Shown: piece after piece, positions 12,962 to 26,610 of the stretch
Numbering within the stretch: position 1 is the first letter of the stretch
How the letters are laid out: every line of letters starts with the position of its first letter
From: Octopus vulgaris
Taxonomy: Eukaryota
Length of the DNA stretch: 64,000 bases
Assembly: GCA_951406725.2 (NCBI GenBank)
Contig: OX597816.1
Coordinates: forward strand, 157,914,001-157,978,000
Direction of reading: 5' to 3'
The notes under the pieces: model-generated
What the model saw: the letters and a program-made list of their open reading frames with translations, nothing else
Told to the model about the DNA's origin: nothing
The model's database searches: none
Made by a program: the position numbers and the translations under genes

Positions 12962-13590
12962 AGCGTGTTAAAGTTAAGTTGGCTGATAGACCTTTTACAG
13001 TGGTTTAATACCACTGGTTGGTGCCTTAAGTGCTTTTAGTGAAGCTCACACTGTTACAGGTATGAATATGCAATCCACTTCTGCCTGTGTTTTCCCTGCA
13101 GTCCAACAGATGTTTAGTCCAGATGTCAATCATATCAGTCTCAAGATCTGCAAATGTCAGAGTCACCACCTTTTCTGAGTTAAGAAAATAACCTGAGAAT
13201 AAGGAGCACTGATTACTGTGAACAAATCAGACAACTAGACGATCATGTAAGTCAAAAGGTGGTATAATGATAAGAAAATAAGCATGCGAGATGCTTAGTG
13301 GAATTGATAAAGAAAAGAAATAGGCTAAGGGAAGTTTGTGGCGAAATTGGTAGATCAGATCTTATAGATGAAATTATTAGGAAACCTTGATGTTTATTAT
13401 TATACAATACAATCTGTTAGAAAAAATAACAGCCAATATTAAATCAATGATTTTGTTCAATGATAATACAATTGGTGTTAACAATAGTGATGATGATGTT
13501 ATTTAAAACCAAGGTATCCTTGACTAAGTAGACCAAGGATCAAAGGCATTCCAGCCAAGATTATTTCATCTTTTTGTCCAATGTGTCTTT

Positions 13591-13853
13591 CATCATCATC
13601 ATCATTTAATGTCCATGGTCCATACTGGCACGGGTTGGATGGCTTGACTGGGCTGGCACACTGGAAGGCTGCACCAGGATCCAGTCTGATTTGGCATGGT
13701 TTTCTACAGCTGGATGCCCTTCCTAATGCCAACCACTCTAATAGTGTAATGGGTGTGTTTACGTGCCACCAGCACAGGCGCCAATTTGCATGACACCAGT
13801 ATCTGCCAGGACTGTGATTTTGCTCAGTTTAATGGGTCTTCTTCTCAAGCACA
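13591..13853 (-). mobile_element. RTE LINE 3'-end fragment
   Basis: (CAT)n tail plus 3' UTR modules. Confidence 0.85.
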
Positions 13854-14443
13854 ACAATAAAATGGTAAAGTGTGATTTGAGGCAGACTTGGCTGCTATTT
13901 CTAGTAGTTAGAGCTACCAAAAAGGAACTCAGCAGTTTGGATGATGATGACGATGCTGGTGGTAATTAACATGCTTTAGAAGCAACAGGACATGAGATGA
14001 GAATATGATAACTAGAATAATATGTCACATGAATTATAGAGAGATTATCATTGTATATGCTACTGTAAGCCATGACTGGGTCAAGTAAACATGAAACTGA
14101 GAAGATGGTAAATGTCAACCAAGCAAGATAGATTGGTCAGAACTAGTTTGTTATGCAGTACTCTTAAACAAAACAAATAACTATTCATAGATGAAGAAAA
14201 AAAAGTTATTGAATAAAACAGATGCAATTAAGGAATTATAGTATCATATGTAAGCTAAAAAAAAAAGAGATAGTAAGGTGAGTAAAAAAAATAAAATAGT
14301 GCAATAAGTATTTAAAATATATAAACATGTTCCATTACAAAGTGGGAAGTTCTAATAATGTGATGTTTGGGATAAATTTACTATATTATATGTTTTTAAA
14401 GCCCTTATTCTTACTACATAGTTACTCCTTTCTCTAGGATTTT

Positions 14444-14760
14444 ATCATCATCATCGTTTAACATCCATTTTCCATGCTAGCATGGGTTGGACGGTTCGAC
14501 CAGGGCCTGGGAAGCCAGGAGGCTGCACCAGGCCCAGTCTGATCTGGCAGTGTTTCTACAGCTGGATGCCCTTCCTAACGCCAACCACTCTGAGTGTAGT
14601 GGGTGCTTTTTACGTGTCACTGGCACAGTACCAAGCGAGGCTGGCAACAGCCATGATCAGTTGGTGCTTTTTACGTGCCACCGGCACGGAGGCCAGTCGG
14701 GGCGGCGCTGGCATCACAACTACAATTTCCATTGATTTTTGAGCCATTTCGATTTTGATG
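14444..14760 (-). mobile_element. RTE LINE 3'-end fragment, relatively young (CpGs retained)
   Basis: (CAT)n tail plus GTGCC-NNN-GGCAC modules; homologous to 33366-33859. Confidence 0.85.
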
Positions 14761-16236
14761 GTTTCCGGGGCCATATTATTTGAAAAATCAGAATTTTATT
14801 TGTATATGAGTGGACAAATGAAAGACAGTGGCAATCAATACATTTGGTATATGAGCTGCATGTATTTTTAATAACAGATTCAACTGCATATGACTTATTC
14901 ATTGGCTTATTTAGATTTTTAGCCCTTGTTTATTAAAACCGGAAGAAAGTTTGAGTGGAAATAGAAATTTAAATCTTTTATTCATTATTATCATGATTAC
15001 ATTTTTATATTTATAAAAGTGATACATTTGTGTTAGATTGTTGTTATTATTATTATTATTATTATTATTACCAGGATAAAATGTTGAAGAGTGAACAATG
15101 AGAAAGATTTGACATTGTCACTTGACCTACTGACATATTTTTTTATCAACAAGTTTTTCAGTGAACCTTAATTTTTAAGATGCTTTCTTTTTAAGAATGC
15201 ATTATAATTACAACCACAAAATAAGAAACTGTTAATTCTGTGATACTAAGACAAAAAAATGAGGGTTACATCATGCCCAAAAGAAAAGTTTACCATTGCA
15301 CTTTCTTCCATAACAAGGGTTCCATGGAATGTAAGCACAACAGCCAGAGAAGACAAAGGTTGCCCTGCAAAGTTATACTAATTACATGCATGTGTTACAA
15401 GCTGGTGGCCTCTAATAGACAAACAGAGTTTGCATGTAGCCATCATCATTCTTGACTCTCTGAAGCCAGACTGAGAGTAGATACTGCATGTGATGAGGCT
15501 AGACTTTCAAAATTATAGGTATAATCCATCTAGTCTTTCACATGGTTTCTAGTCAGGCAACAACCCACGTTCAAATGGTGCTTATTACGTGCCAGTCAGG
15601 TGGCACTGGCATCGGCTATGGCTATGACTTCACTTGACTCAACAGATCTTCTCAAGCACAGCATATTGCCTGATGACTCAAGAGTACTTTTAAATGGGCT
15701 GGTTATGCAACACTGGCATCGACCACAGCTGTGATGTCACTTACTTACCAGGTTTTTTTTTACATATGCACAAATTCTTCCACAGTATGACACCTATTCC
15801 TGTCCTAATAAAATTTAGCCTCTCATTGCCTGGCTTAAAGCCACTTCCTTCAACACTATACCCTGCCGCAGTTGAGGGGCTCTTGCCTTGCAAGTTACTA
15901 GGTAACCTTACCAGTTAGTGTTAGGTGGGGCACTGAGCCATAGAAACCATGCTAAAGCAGACATTAGAGTTTGGTGAAGTCCTCCAGTCTGCTAGCTCTT
16001 GTTGAACGGAAAACAGATGTTAACTGATTATGATAGTGATGATATAAACATATGCAAAAACATACACATGCCTATGTGCATGAGAGAGATAGAGAGGAAG
16101 AGAGAGAGAGAGACAGACAGGCAGAGAGTAAGTGGTACAAGAAAAGGAAGATTATCATTACTAAAAATCAACAGCAAAGATAAAAATAAAGCAACAAAAT
16201 ACAACTTCTTCAGCACAAACAGAAACAACAACTTAC

Positions 16237-16353
16237 TCTTGTTGCCTTGATAATGGTAAGAATGTCTCCTTTGTTGAATGGAAGATCTTCCAAAGAGCCA
16301 CCTGGAAACTTGTAGCTGGCCACAACTTCGGTTCCCATCTGCCAAGTTTCATG
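16237..16353 (-). CDS. Csk: C-terminal Src kinase (CSK/MATK family) exon encoding the N-terminal half of the SH3 domain
   Basis: rc reads gatttcttcag|CAT GAA ACT TGG...GCA ACA AGA|gtaagt; 117 nt, phase 0/0, HETWQMGTEVVASYKFPGGSLEDLPFNKGDILTIIKATR. Aligns without gaps to recalled human CSK [36 protein letters not shown] (about half identical) and, as I recall, ends at the same exon boundary. Confidence 0.88.
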
Positions 16354-16540
16354 CTGAAGAAATCAAATCAATACATTAACTTCAGTGTATGAAATATTAA
16401 GCATTGATAATAACAATGACTATATTGTATGGAATATTTATTCAAGTGTGTATACGGACTGCAGCAAATAGTAATTTCTCACTATACATATGTATATATA
16501 TATATATATTTATGCATGCGTGTCAGAATATACACACATA

Positions 16541-16640
16541 CTTTATGAGCATGCACACATATACAGACATACACTTTATGAGCATGCACACATATACAGA
16601 CACACACACTCATATATGTGCAAACACATACATTATGAGC
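16541..16640. repeat. 33-bp tandem repeat within a (CA/TA) microsatellite
   Basis: CTTTATGAGCATGCACACATATACAGACA at 16541 and 16574, with a degenerate third unit. Confidence 0.8.
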
Positions 16641-17591
16641 ATCCTACATATCCAAACATATACATTTACATATGAACACACATACACATGCATGCATGCA
16701 TACATACATACATACATATCTGCATACATACACACACACTTGATACTATCCAGATGGCCATAATGAGTTGTTGGGTCATCATCGAAGAGTGTCTGGAACA
16801 TGTGAATCTAATATAATTTGCCCCTCCCAACTCACCCCCATTTTCTCTACAGCCAGAAATCAAATGTACCATGTGTGAGGTGAAATATCTCAACTAGGAA
16901 TGAAGCTATGCAATAAATCACCTTGTCACTACTATGCACAGTGCACACACACACACACAATCATCAATAAATGTCCAATTTCCACACTGGCATAGGTTGG
17001 ACAGTTTGACAGAATACAGTGGGTCCCAGGACTGCATTGTACTCCAGTACCTGCTTCGGCAAGGTTTCTACAACTGGATCCACTTCCTAAGGCCAATACT
17101 GTGTGTACTGAGCCCTTTTTTTTTCATGCTACTGACATAAGTGAGTGGTGGTGGGGGCATGCAGCTTGTAAGACACCAAAACCAAAGGTAAGGGAATGGC
17201 TTTATGCTAGAAGATCAGGGGTCGAAATGAAAGCGAAGGGTGTATAGCAAGAAAATTCTGGTTTGGGGAGCTACATGGCTACTCACATTTAGAAGTGAGG
17301 GAGAGAATGATCAGCAGGAGTTGCAAATCCTGGTGGTCCCTCAAAGTAAAAGGTGAGTAGGGGCAGAATAACTTGGAGTGTGGATGGATAAGGGGTTTGT
17401 GGAAGTGTATGGGGGAGAGAGAAATAGAGGAATGGGAGAGGGGAGGTAAACAATAACTGTAAAAATGGAGTAAAGTTGAGGGGTGAATGTAAGGAGTGAT
17501 GGATAAGGGGTGGGAAGATGACCAATGATGCATGCATTTTGGAAGGAAGAAGGATGCGAAAGAGAGCAGTGTGCAGAAGGATAGTAATAAG

Positions 17592-17962
17592 AACAAGAGC
17601 ACTCAGATAGTGCAAACTTCCATGAAGACAACACCAACATCCTCTCAATGATTAGCTGGAGATGATTTTTAAAGTGAGAATATCTGAAATAAACTTGACT
17701 ACTCTCAGAAACAAGAATACTAAAAATGAACCCAACCGCTCTCAAAGATTATGTAAAAAAAAAAAAACAGGAAAATAATCCAGAATCCTTGTCTGGTATT
17801 GGATTGATCCCAAAATCTAATCAGTTTGTGCCAATCACAAGGCCAAACTTCCCTGAAAGTTTCATCGGAATCCATCCAGTGGTTCTTGAGATATCTTGTC
17901 CATGGACAAACAAACGCAACTGAAAACAGTACTCCTGCCTTCACTAAGGTGGAAGTAATAAT
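17592..17962 (-). mobile_element. Helentron-associated (HINE/DINE-1-like) non-autonomous element, complete
   Basis: rc has a 5' ATTACTTCCACCTT-AGTG-AAGGCAGGAG inverted repeat, (GTTT)n, and a 3' hairpin GCACT-N5-AGTGC close to the end. Homologous to 23609-23932. Confidence 0.7.
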
Positions 17963-18294
17963 GTATGTTTTATAGTTTGACATTTATTCTACTATGCAAG
18001 AATACTTTTTGCATACATGGTTGTTTGCATATTGTTGGAGAAATAGTTTAAGCGCTAAATTGTGTGCTGAGCTTAAAATACAAAGCTTTTTTAAGAGTAC
18101 ATGACTTTAGCTTGACAAGAGATAAACCTTATCAAATCCCTCTTTTGTAATATTACCAGTTGTTAGTTTATCTCACAATTAGGTGAACTACAGTGTCTAA
18201 AAGAAATTGTACTGTTGAACACACACACACACACCAAAGTGCCTACGGTGGATCTGCACTTGTGGCCTAATATATTAGCCACCATTAACCAAGT

Positions 18295-18511
18295 CAATGG
18301 TTCTCAACCATTTTTTGCCTATGGATCCTTTTGGTTCCTGTTTTATTCTACTGAACAACCCCTATTAAAAAATCCTATTATATTGTTCTAATTAAATATT
18401 ATTAAGAATTGCATAAGAAAAATTGCTGAAATATTTAATGTATTGTAGAAATATAACCAATTTATTGCACAAATAACAAAATCTTATATGGACCCCAGTT
18501 GAGAACCACTA
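18295..18511. mobile_element. hAT-Charlie-like MITE
   Basis: TIRs CAATGGTTCTCAAC and rc TAGTGGTTCTCAAC; TSD not preserved. Confidence 0.75.
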
Positions 18512-18618
18512 CTTAAATGATAACAGAAAGGCTAATTTTTTTTCTATACATGCTTCCATGTAAGTTTAACTGTTGATAGTTAACTAAAATGAGATAAAGA
18601 AATATTATTATTATATAT

Positions 18619-18857
18619 ATCATCGTTTAACACCTGCTTCCCATACTGGCATAGGTGTGACAGTTTGACAGGAGCTGGCCAGGCAGAAGACTGCATTAGA
18701 CTCCTGTGTCTGATTTGGCATAGTTTTTATGGCTGGATGCCCTTCCCAACACCAACCACACTGCAGAGTGGACTGAGTGCTTTTTACATGGCACCAGCAC
18801 AAGCGAGCACAGCTTTGGCATGGTTTTTTACAGCTGAATGCCTTTCCAAATGCCAAC
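18619..18857 (-). mobile_element. RTE 3'-end fragment
   Basis: Shared 3' motifs; abuts a (TA)n tract. Confidence 0.8.
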
Positions 18858-18890
18858 CAGGGAGGAATATGTGAATAGAAATATTTACTC

Positions 18891-19206
18891 GTGCTCCATC
18901 GCTTATGATGATGAGGCTTCCAGTTGATCCGATCAATAGAACAGCTTGCTCATGAAAATAAAGTGTAAGTGGCTGAGCACTCCACAGACACGCGTACCCC
19001 TTCACAGACTTCTCGGGGAGATTCAACGTGACATAAAGTGTGACAAGGCTAGCTCCTTGAAATACGGGTACTACACATTTTTGCCAGCTGAGTGGACTGG
19101 AGCAATGTGAAATAAAGTGTTTTGCTCAACCCGCCACTAGGGATTGAACTTGTAACCCTACAATTTGCAAGCTGAATACCCTAAACACTAAGCCACACAC
19201 ATTTAC
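18891..19206 (-). mobile_element. SINE family B
   Basis: Homologous to 38691-39026. Confidence 0.85.
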
Positions 19207-19454
19207 GTGTGAATAAAAAATATTTAATTTATAATCATTAGTCTGACAAAATATATTTTGTCACCCTAATGATTATGATTTAAATATTTTATTAAATCTC
19301 AGGCCTATTTTTTAGCTCTTTGTACTAAGTGACGAAACAGCTTTTTTTGAACCTGTTATCCCTTGGAATAGAATTATGTGTGATGAAATATTTGACTGCA
19401 TTTCACAGTCTTTATTCCCCACACCTGCAATCTCCTGGAACACACATATACACC

Positions 19455-19505
<51 letters not shown>

Positions 19506-21174
19506 GCTCTGCACAGGGAGGCATTGACCTACAGATGTTTAAACCTGACCTTAACTGCATCAATTTCACTATCTGCAAATGTCACAGGCCATGTCTCTCT
19601 TTTTTTAAGACACAGAAAAAAATCAAAGCAAAAATCAAGCCATTAGAGCAACCAATATTTGAAAGAATTTGTGTTGCTATGTACATATGAAATTGTGAAT
19701 AAATTTCTATTTCATTTCATTTTTCAAGTCACAGATTTTATTTTTAATGTACACCCACTACTTGTCTAGCATATATCCAGACAACTTACCAAAGTATCAA
19801 ATTTTAAAAAAAAAAAAAAAAAAAAAGAATTCTTTTATATTTTGGTTAGTAATTAATCATCAATAAAAAAAAAAAATTTTTTTCTCTAAATTTGGACATT
19901 CTAACTTCACTAGTTACTAAGATATCAAAACGGACACAGAAGTAATCGATCAAGCAAACAAACGTGATAAAAATAGAGGCATCTAATTCCTATACGGTTG
20001 GATTTTACAAATGATGGAAACAACACAGAGCAGAACACAGCAATTGAGTTTACGGAAGATACACAAGGGAGGTAATGAAATATAAATATTGTTATTCTTA
20101 AAGCACCAAAATTAGTTTTAACTTGAAACAGTTATTCGTCATTATAACAAAAGCGTTAGTCCATACATTTATTGATGTTTTTCCTTTATTCCTTGACAAA
20201 CACAACTTATTATGAATCATAATCAACATAATAATAGTAATGATAATAATAATAAGAACTACCAGTAGACAATCAGTTTAAGCAATTTCCCCTATCTGCT
20301 GATTAATTCATTTCAAAAAAAAAAAAAAAAAAAGGGCCTCCTACTTTCCCTTGACTAATTACACTGCCCTCTTTTTCTAATTAAATCAATAAATTCCTCC
20401 AGACTATTTCCTCTCCTATTCCACCTCTGCCACCTGCCTCTGTGACTCCCTGTTTCACATCACAACAAAAACTGTAACTATTACACATTCACTTGATATT
20501 CTGCTCTCATATCAACCAAGAAACTAAGAATAGGTTTTCCTCACATTTTCTTCCATTTGGAATTAAGGTATTCTCTAACCTCTTCTCTCCCTGGGTCTAT
20601 CTTTTATACACACACACACAACACAGAGTATATTCAATATAAACAACAACCAAAAACCCACTAAAAAAACATTCACAGCCTACATATCTCTAATATTTCT
20701 TCATAAGTATTATTTCAAAATAAATCAATACTGCTGCTATGTATCTCTCATTTTTTTCCCCCTGCTGCTCTCAATTACTTGAATCTCCAAAGTTCTTCTT
20801 CTCACATGCAGATAAAGAAGATTCCAGTTGCAGAAGCACCAAATCTATAAACACAAGACAAGGGTGCACAGACACCGCCGCTGATGTATACAGGACCTTT
20901 GGATCAAAACTCTTGTCAGTGTCTTATAATCCAATGACCCTTCTTGAACCAATGTTCGCATGGAGACCAATTCTACTTTGATCGTTGAAGATCCTATTTG
21001 AATACTGAGCAGTTATATGGTCACTCAATCTGCTAGAAATAGTAGCAAAATCTCATTATAATTACACTCAGTGTCTTAAAAAAAGAAGTGCACATTGGAT
21101 ATTTTAGTCCTAGATATATTTATCCTGAAAAAATTAAGATAAGTTGGGCTTAGCTGGAATTCTTTATTCTTTTC

Positions 21175-21382
21175 TTTTCTTTGTTTCAGTCATTTGACTG
21201 TGGCCATACAGGAGCACCACATCTAGTCGAACAAATCGACTCCAGGACTTATTCTTTGTGAACCTAGTACTTATTCTATCGGTCTCTTTTGCTGAACCGC
21301 TTAGTTACAGGTATGTAAACATGCCAACATCGATTGTCAAGTGATGGTGGGGAGAGAAACATACACACATATATATATATAT

Positions 21383-21417
<35 letters not shown>

Positions 21418-21572
21418 ACGGACTTCTTTCAGTTTCCGGCTAACAAATTCACTTACAAGGCTTTGGTTGGCCCGAGGCTATAGTAGAAGACACTTGCCCA
21501 ATGTGCCACAGTGGGACTGAACCTAGAACACTGTGGTTGGTAAGCAAGTTACTTACCACACAGCCACTCCTG
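21175..21572 (-). mobile_element. SINE family A (tail 1)
   Basis: Homologous to 28783-29218. Confidence 0.9.
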
Positions 21573-21599
21573 CTATATTTTTACCACATTACTCCATAA

Positions 21600-21800
21600 G
21601 GAGCATAGGGCCAGTCTCTTAATTTCTCTGGACAGGATGCCAATCCATCTCAGCATTACTCATTTTTACCAGATGAGTGGACTGGAGCAATGTGAAATAA
21701 ATTGTTCTGCTCAAGAACACAATGCATTGCCAACACCAGGAATTGAAACCACAGTCTTACATTTATGAGTCTAACACCTTAACCACTAATCCAGTGCCCT
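21600..21800 (-). mobile_element. SINE family B head with alternative short tail, decayed
   Basis: Homologous to 56540-56787. Confidence 0.7.
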
Positions 21801-23608
21801 AATGCTAATTCACTGCTAAAATATACAATGAAGAAACGAAAATAAATTCCAGCCAAGCCAAGTAAAACAAAATTGGGGCAAGATGAATGTAAAATGGCTG
21901 AGTTGGAAGACAGAAAACAACATATGTGATGCTTGCAATGAAAATTCTGAATCTTTAAAACTTTGTGTCAGAAGCAAAAGAACCTAAGGATATAACAAGA
22001 TAAGCAATACAAACCTACTGTACATTTTAAACATTAGCCAAATAATGATAAAATATTCATGAATCAAATCCATAAGAGGTACTACAGATCAGAGGTTCAT
22101 GTTTTGTAGCTTAGCCCCAAGTCAACTCTGACTAAAAAGGCCTATCATCAAAGTGTTTCAAAGATCCTTGACTTGGTTTGTGATGTTATTGAAATAATGA
22201 ATAAATAAAATAAAAGCAATTTATTACATTTTGTTTTATCTGAAGAATCTACTAGAAGGCAGCTACTAAAAGACTCTTGCTGCTGCTGCTAATTCTGAAG
22301 TCTCCTTGAGTGTTGAGTATGTCTTCAGGAATTGTTAAAGCAGGAAACAATATGATTTTGGTGCTCAAAGATTGCCAAAGAATTGTTGGCATACTGGCAT
22401 GACAGGGAGTGTCAACTTTATGTCAAGCATGTGAAGCAGAATTACTAATGTTATAGAATGTTGTTTTTTTTTTTCTCTCTTTAAACCATCTTTAGATTCC
22501 TTCACATAAATAGTAAAGGAATACACCAGAAATAACCAACTCACTGACATATAACAAAAAAAAAAAAAAAAGAAAGGTTCATCACATAGTCAGAAAAATA
22601 ATGAGCTCATTAAAATAGATATCATCTGAGTGAACTGATGTTGCTGGTTGATGATACAAAGTGAGAGGTAGACTAAAGAGATACAGACAGAGAGAACTAA
22701 AACTGATAGAGCCAGCAACTTGCTGAGTTGGAGAGGTCAGAAGTGGTTTATTATAGTAATTAGTATTGCAAAATCAACCTCATGGGTCTATTTTCTTCTA
22801 ACTTTAATCCTATAACAAACCATTGGTTGAGTTAGTAGAAAGTTGACCTTTCTGTTGAGGTTAGCAGATCAAGTTCTCATCAGAAAGAGAGGTAGCTGTT
22901 GGTGTACCTAGATGAGTTAAAGAATGAGATTGATACATTTTAAGGGAAGTAGCTTGAGGAAGTTTTTGATGTAACCAAGAGAGAAGTATGCAAGGGTTAG
23001 TTATGACTTGAAAAAGCTTGTTGATGTACAGAATTGTAAATCAAGCAACTAAAGAAGCTATCAAACTTGGTTTAAATTGAGTGAAAAGGAATTTGGACAA
23101 TAATCATAAAACAAACAAACAAGGAAGATGTAAAAATGGCAAATTTTGTTGTTATTACTATTAAGGTAACAAGCTGGCAGAAGCATATTTATGCCTGACA
23201 AAATGCTTAGCAGCATTTTGTCTGTCTTGCATTCTGTGTTCAAATTACACTGAGATCAACTTTACCTTTCATCTTTTCAGGATTGATAAATTAAATACCA
23301 GTTGAACACTAGGGTCAATGTAATCAACTTAGCCCCTCCTCTGAAACTGCTGGTCTTGTGCCAAAATTTGAAATCATTATCATTAAGGGGACAAGCTAGC
23401 AGAATTGTTAGCACATCAGCAAAATGCTTAGTGGCATTTCTCCTGACTTTATGTTCCAAGTTAAAAAATTCCACTGAGATTGACTTTGCCTTTCATTCAT
23501 CCAGGTTTGATAAGACAACTAGCAGTTGTAAGACAAGAAGCTAGGGTCAAAGTAATTGAACGTCACCCTTCCCCAAAATTTCAGGCCTTTCACCCATAGT
23601 AGAAAGGA

Positions 23609-23932
23609 TTATTATTACCTCTGCCTTAGTGAAGGCAGAGGTATTGTTTCAGTTGCATTTGTTTGTTTGTTTGTCTGTGGACAAGATATCTCAAGAACTG
23701 CTGGATGGATTCGGATGAAACTTTCAGAGATGTTTAGCCTTACAATTGGCACGAACTGAGATCAATCTGGTACCAAACAAGGATTCTGGATTATTTTTCT
23801 TGTTTTTTTTTACTTAATTTTTGAGAGCGATCATGTTCATTTTTAGTATTCTCGTTTGTGAGAGCAGTTGAGTTTATTTCAGATATTCTCATTTAAAAAA
23901 TCATCTCTGGCTAATCATTGAGAGGATGTTGC
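23609..23932 (+). mobile_element. Helentron-associated element, 3' truncated, inserted among SINE-C fragments
   Basis: Perfect 12-bp hairpin TACCTCTGCCTT-AGTG-AAGGCAGAGGTA followed by (GTTT)n; homologous to 17592-17962. Confidence 0.75.
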
Positions 23933-24758
23933 TTTCTACTATAGGTACAAAGCCTAGAATTTGGGGGAAGGGGATAGTCAATTAAATCAACCCCAGTACT
24001 CAACTGGTACTTATTTTACTGACCTCAAAAGAATGAAAGGCAAAGTCAACCATGGCAGCATTTTGAACTCAATGTAAAGACAGGTGAAATGCCACTAAAA
24101 ATTTCGCCCCTAGTTGGCGTACCAACATGTGGTGGAACATGGGCCATATGTAAGGTAAACAGGATTATCTAATGTGTGTTATCAACCAAAAGGCTAAATA
24201 AATGAAACTATGCTTCAGATATGGAATCCTGTTCCTCTGACATATTGACAAACATATGTTAGACTATACATTTATAGCAGAGTAATGTTGCTTTTATATC
24301 ACAAATGAAACAAAAACTTTGGTTGAAGTAGGGGCTAATGGTATTTTCTTAATTTTCCTAAAATTTTAATTATGATTTCTACTGAGGTGATCTCCCTTGT
24401 TTGTTCTGAATGTTCAAAAACCCTGTGGGAGCTTTTGATTACTAATTGCATGAATAGTCTCACTTCACTGAAGTTTTCCCACTAACTATATTACATATGT
24501 CAAACCCTACCAAATTTCTGCTTAGTATGTAGAATGCTACTCTGAGACATTTCATTTGCAATATTATCTATTTTAAATACACACACATACGTGTATGTTT
24601 ATTTATTTTGATAGCTGGCATCTACTCAGAGTTTTTACCCTGAGCTAGGCTCATTAGTAAGCTGCTGACTTTTGATAATAAACTTATCTAACCATTCTAC
24701 TCTATGTAATGTTTGCACAACGCAGAATACAGTTTTAATATATTTTACAAATATATAC

Positions 24759-24955
24759 TCTCTTTTACTCTTTTACTTGTTTCAGTCATTTGACTGTGGC
24801 CAAGCTGGAGCACCACCTTTAGTCGAGCAAATCGCCCCCAGGACTTATTCTTTGTAAGCCTAGTACTTATTCTATCAGTCTCTTTTGACAAACCGCTAAG
24901 TTACGAGGACGTAAACACACCAGCATCGGTTGTCAAGCAATGTTGGGGGGGACAA

Positions 24956-24994
<39 letters not shown>

Positions 24995-25156
24995 CGACAG
25001 GCTTCTTTCAGTTTCCATCTACCAAATCAACTCACAAGGTTTTGGTCAGCCCGAGGCTATAGTAGAAGACACTTGCCCAAGGTGCCACACAGTGGGATTG
25101 AACCCGGAACCATGTGGTTGGTAAGCAAGCTACTTACCACACAGCCACTCCTATGC
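24759..25156 (-). mobile_element. SINE family A (tail 1)
   Basis: Homology to other copies; 26-bp direct repeat at 24733-24758 and 25238-25263. Confidence 0.9.
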
Positions 25157-25667
25157 CTATATACATATATATATATATATATATATCATCATTGTTTAAC
25201 ATCCGCTTTCCATGCTCGCATGACAAATATATATATATTTTAATATATTTTACAAATATATACATTTTTAATATATTTGACAAAAATAAAGTAAAAGTGA
25301 AACAAAAATTTTGTTTCACTTTTACTTTATTTTATTCCATGATCAGAAATTCTATTTTTATTCTCCTTCAATCTTACTTTCTTTTATTTGTTATATTAAT
25401 TTACCTACATATTATTTAACCCATCATTCATGATTGTTTACTATTACAATTATTGAATTGAAATAAAAGTAATAATTTTAACGCATGCGTACACACACAT
25501 ACATAGTAAACATGTTTATATATTCTGTATACTCCAAAAGTATCCTAATGTAATTCTTATTGTCCTCTAAAAACCCTGATGACTTTCCTTATAAGGTATT
25601 TAAAATGCGAAATTATATTTTTATATGTTTTGTAATTTTAATGCTATTTGAGAAAATATATGTGTGT

Positions 25668-25975
25668 GTGTGGCACCTTGGGCAAGTGTCTTCTACTACA
25701 ACCTCGGGCCGACCAAAGCCTTGAGTGGATTTGGTAGACGGAAACTGAAAGAAGCTCATCATGTGTGTATATATCATCATCATTTAATGTTTGCTTTCCT
25801 TGCTGGCATTGGTTGGACGGTTTGACTGAGGACTGGTGAGCCAGAAGGCTGCACCAGGCTCCAATCTGATCTGGCAAAGTTTTTACAGCTGGATGCCCTT
25901 CCTATGTCTGTATGTGTGTTTTTGTGTGTGTGTGTGTGTGTGTGCGTATGTGTTTTTCCTCCCAACATCACAGAT
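25668..25975 (+). mobile_element. Partial SINE A (plus strand) with an RTE 3' stub (minus, ~25775-25905) inserted in its microsatellite
   Basis: GGCACCTTGGGCAAGTG... followed by a (CAT)n-headed RTE stub. Confidence 0.8.
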
Positions 25976-26094
25976 TAGCACAGATCTTCTATAAGGTCTG
26001 TGTTAATTAGCTATACTTTTAATATTTTTTTATATAATAATTTTTAATTTGAGTCCACTTTCAAATGTTATGATGGTATCAACACACACACACA

Positions 26095-26257
26095 CTCTTT
26101 TACTTGTTGCAGTCATCTGATTGCAGCCATGCTGGAGCACCACCTTTAGTTGAACAAATCAACCCCAGGACTTATTCTTTGTAAGCCTAGTACTTATTCT
26201 ATTGGTCTCTTTTGGTGAACTACTAAGTTATGGGGACGTAAATGCAAACACAAACAT

Positions 26258-26309
<52 letters not shown>

Positions 26310-26465
26310 GGTTTCTTTCAGTTTCCATCTATCAAATCCACTCACAAGGCTTTGGTTGACCCGAGGCCATAGTAGAAGACACTTTCCCAAAGTGCCACAC
26401 AGTGGGACTAAATCCAGAACCATGTGGTTAAGAAGCAAGCTTCTTACCACACACCCATGCCTGCT

Positions 26466-26466
<1 letters not shown>
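26095..26466 (-). mobile_element. SINE family A, internally shortened
   Basis: Homology to other copies. Confidence 0.85.
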
Positions 26467-26505
<39 letters not shown>

Positions 26506-26610
26506 TTGGAATCTGGTGCAGCCATCTGGTTCGCCAGTCCTCAGTCAAATCGTCCAACTCATGCTAGCATGGAAAGAGGATGTTAAACGATGATGATGAT
26601 GATATATATA

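Noticed and set aside
13050-13192. Minus-strand exon-like open segment (YFLNSEKVVTLTFADLE...)
   Set aside because: The open frame starts in phase 1, incompatible with the phase-0 SH3 exon that it would interrupt; no homology recognised.
1-16236. Next Csk exon (DPNWY...IPANYV)
   Set aside because: I scanned by eye for minus-strand N-W-Y codons and found none. It is probably outside the window, though a divergent exon could have been missed.
22255-22340. LAAAANSEVSLSVEYVF, resembling a hAT dimerisation motif
   Set aside because: Too degenerate; no TIRs found.
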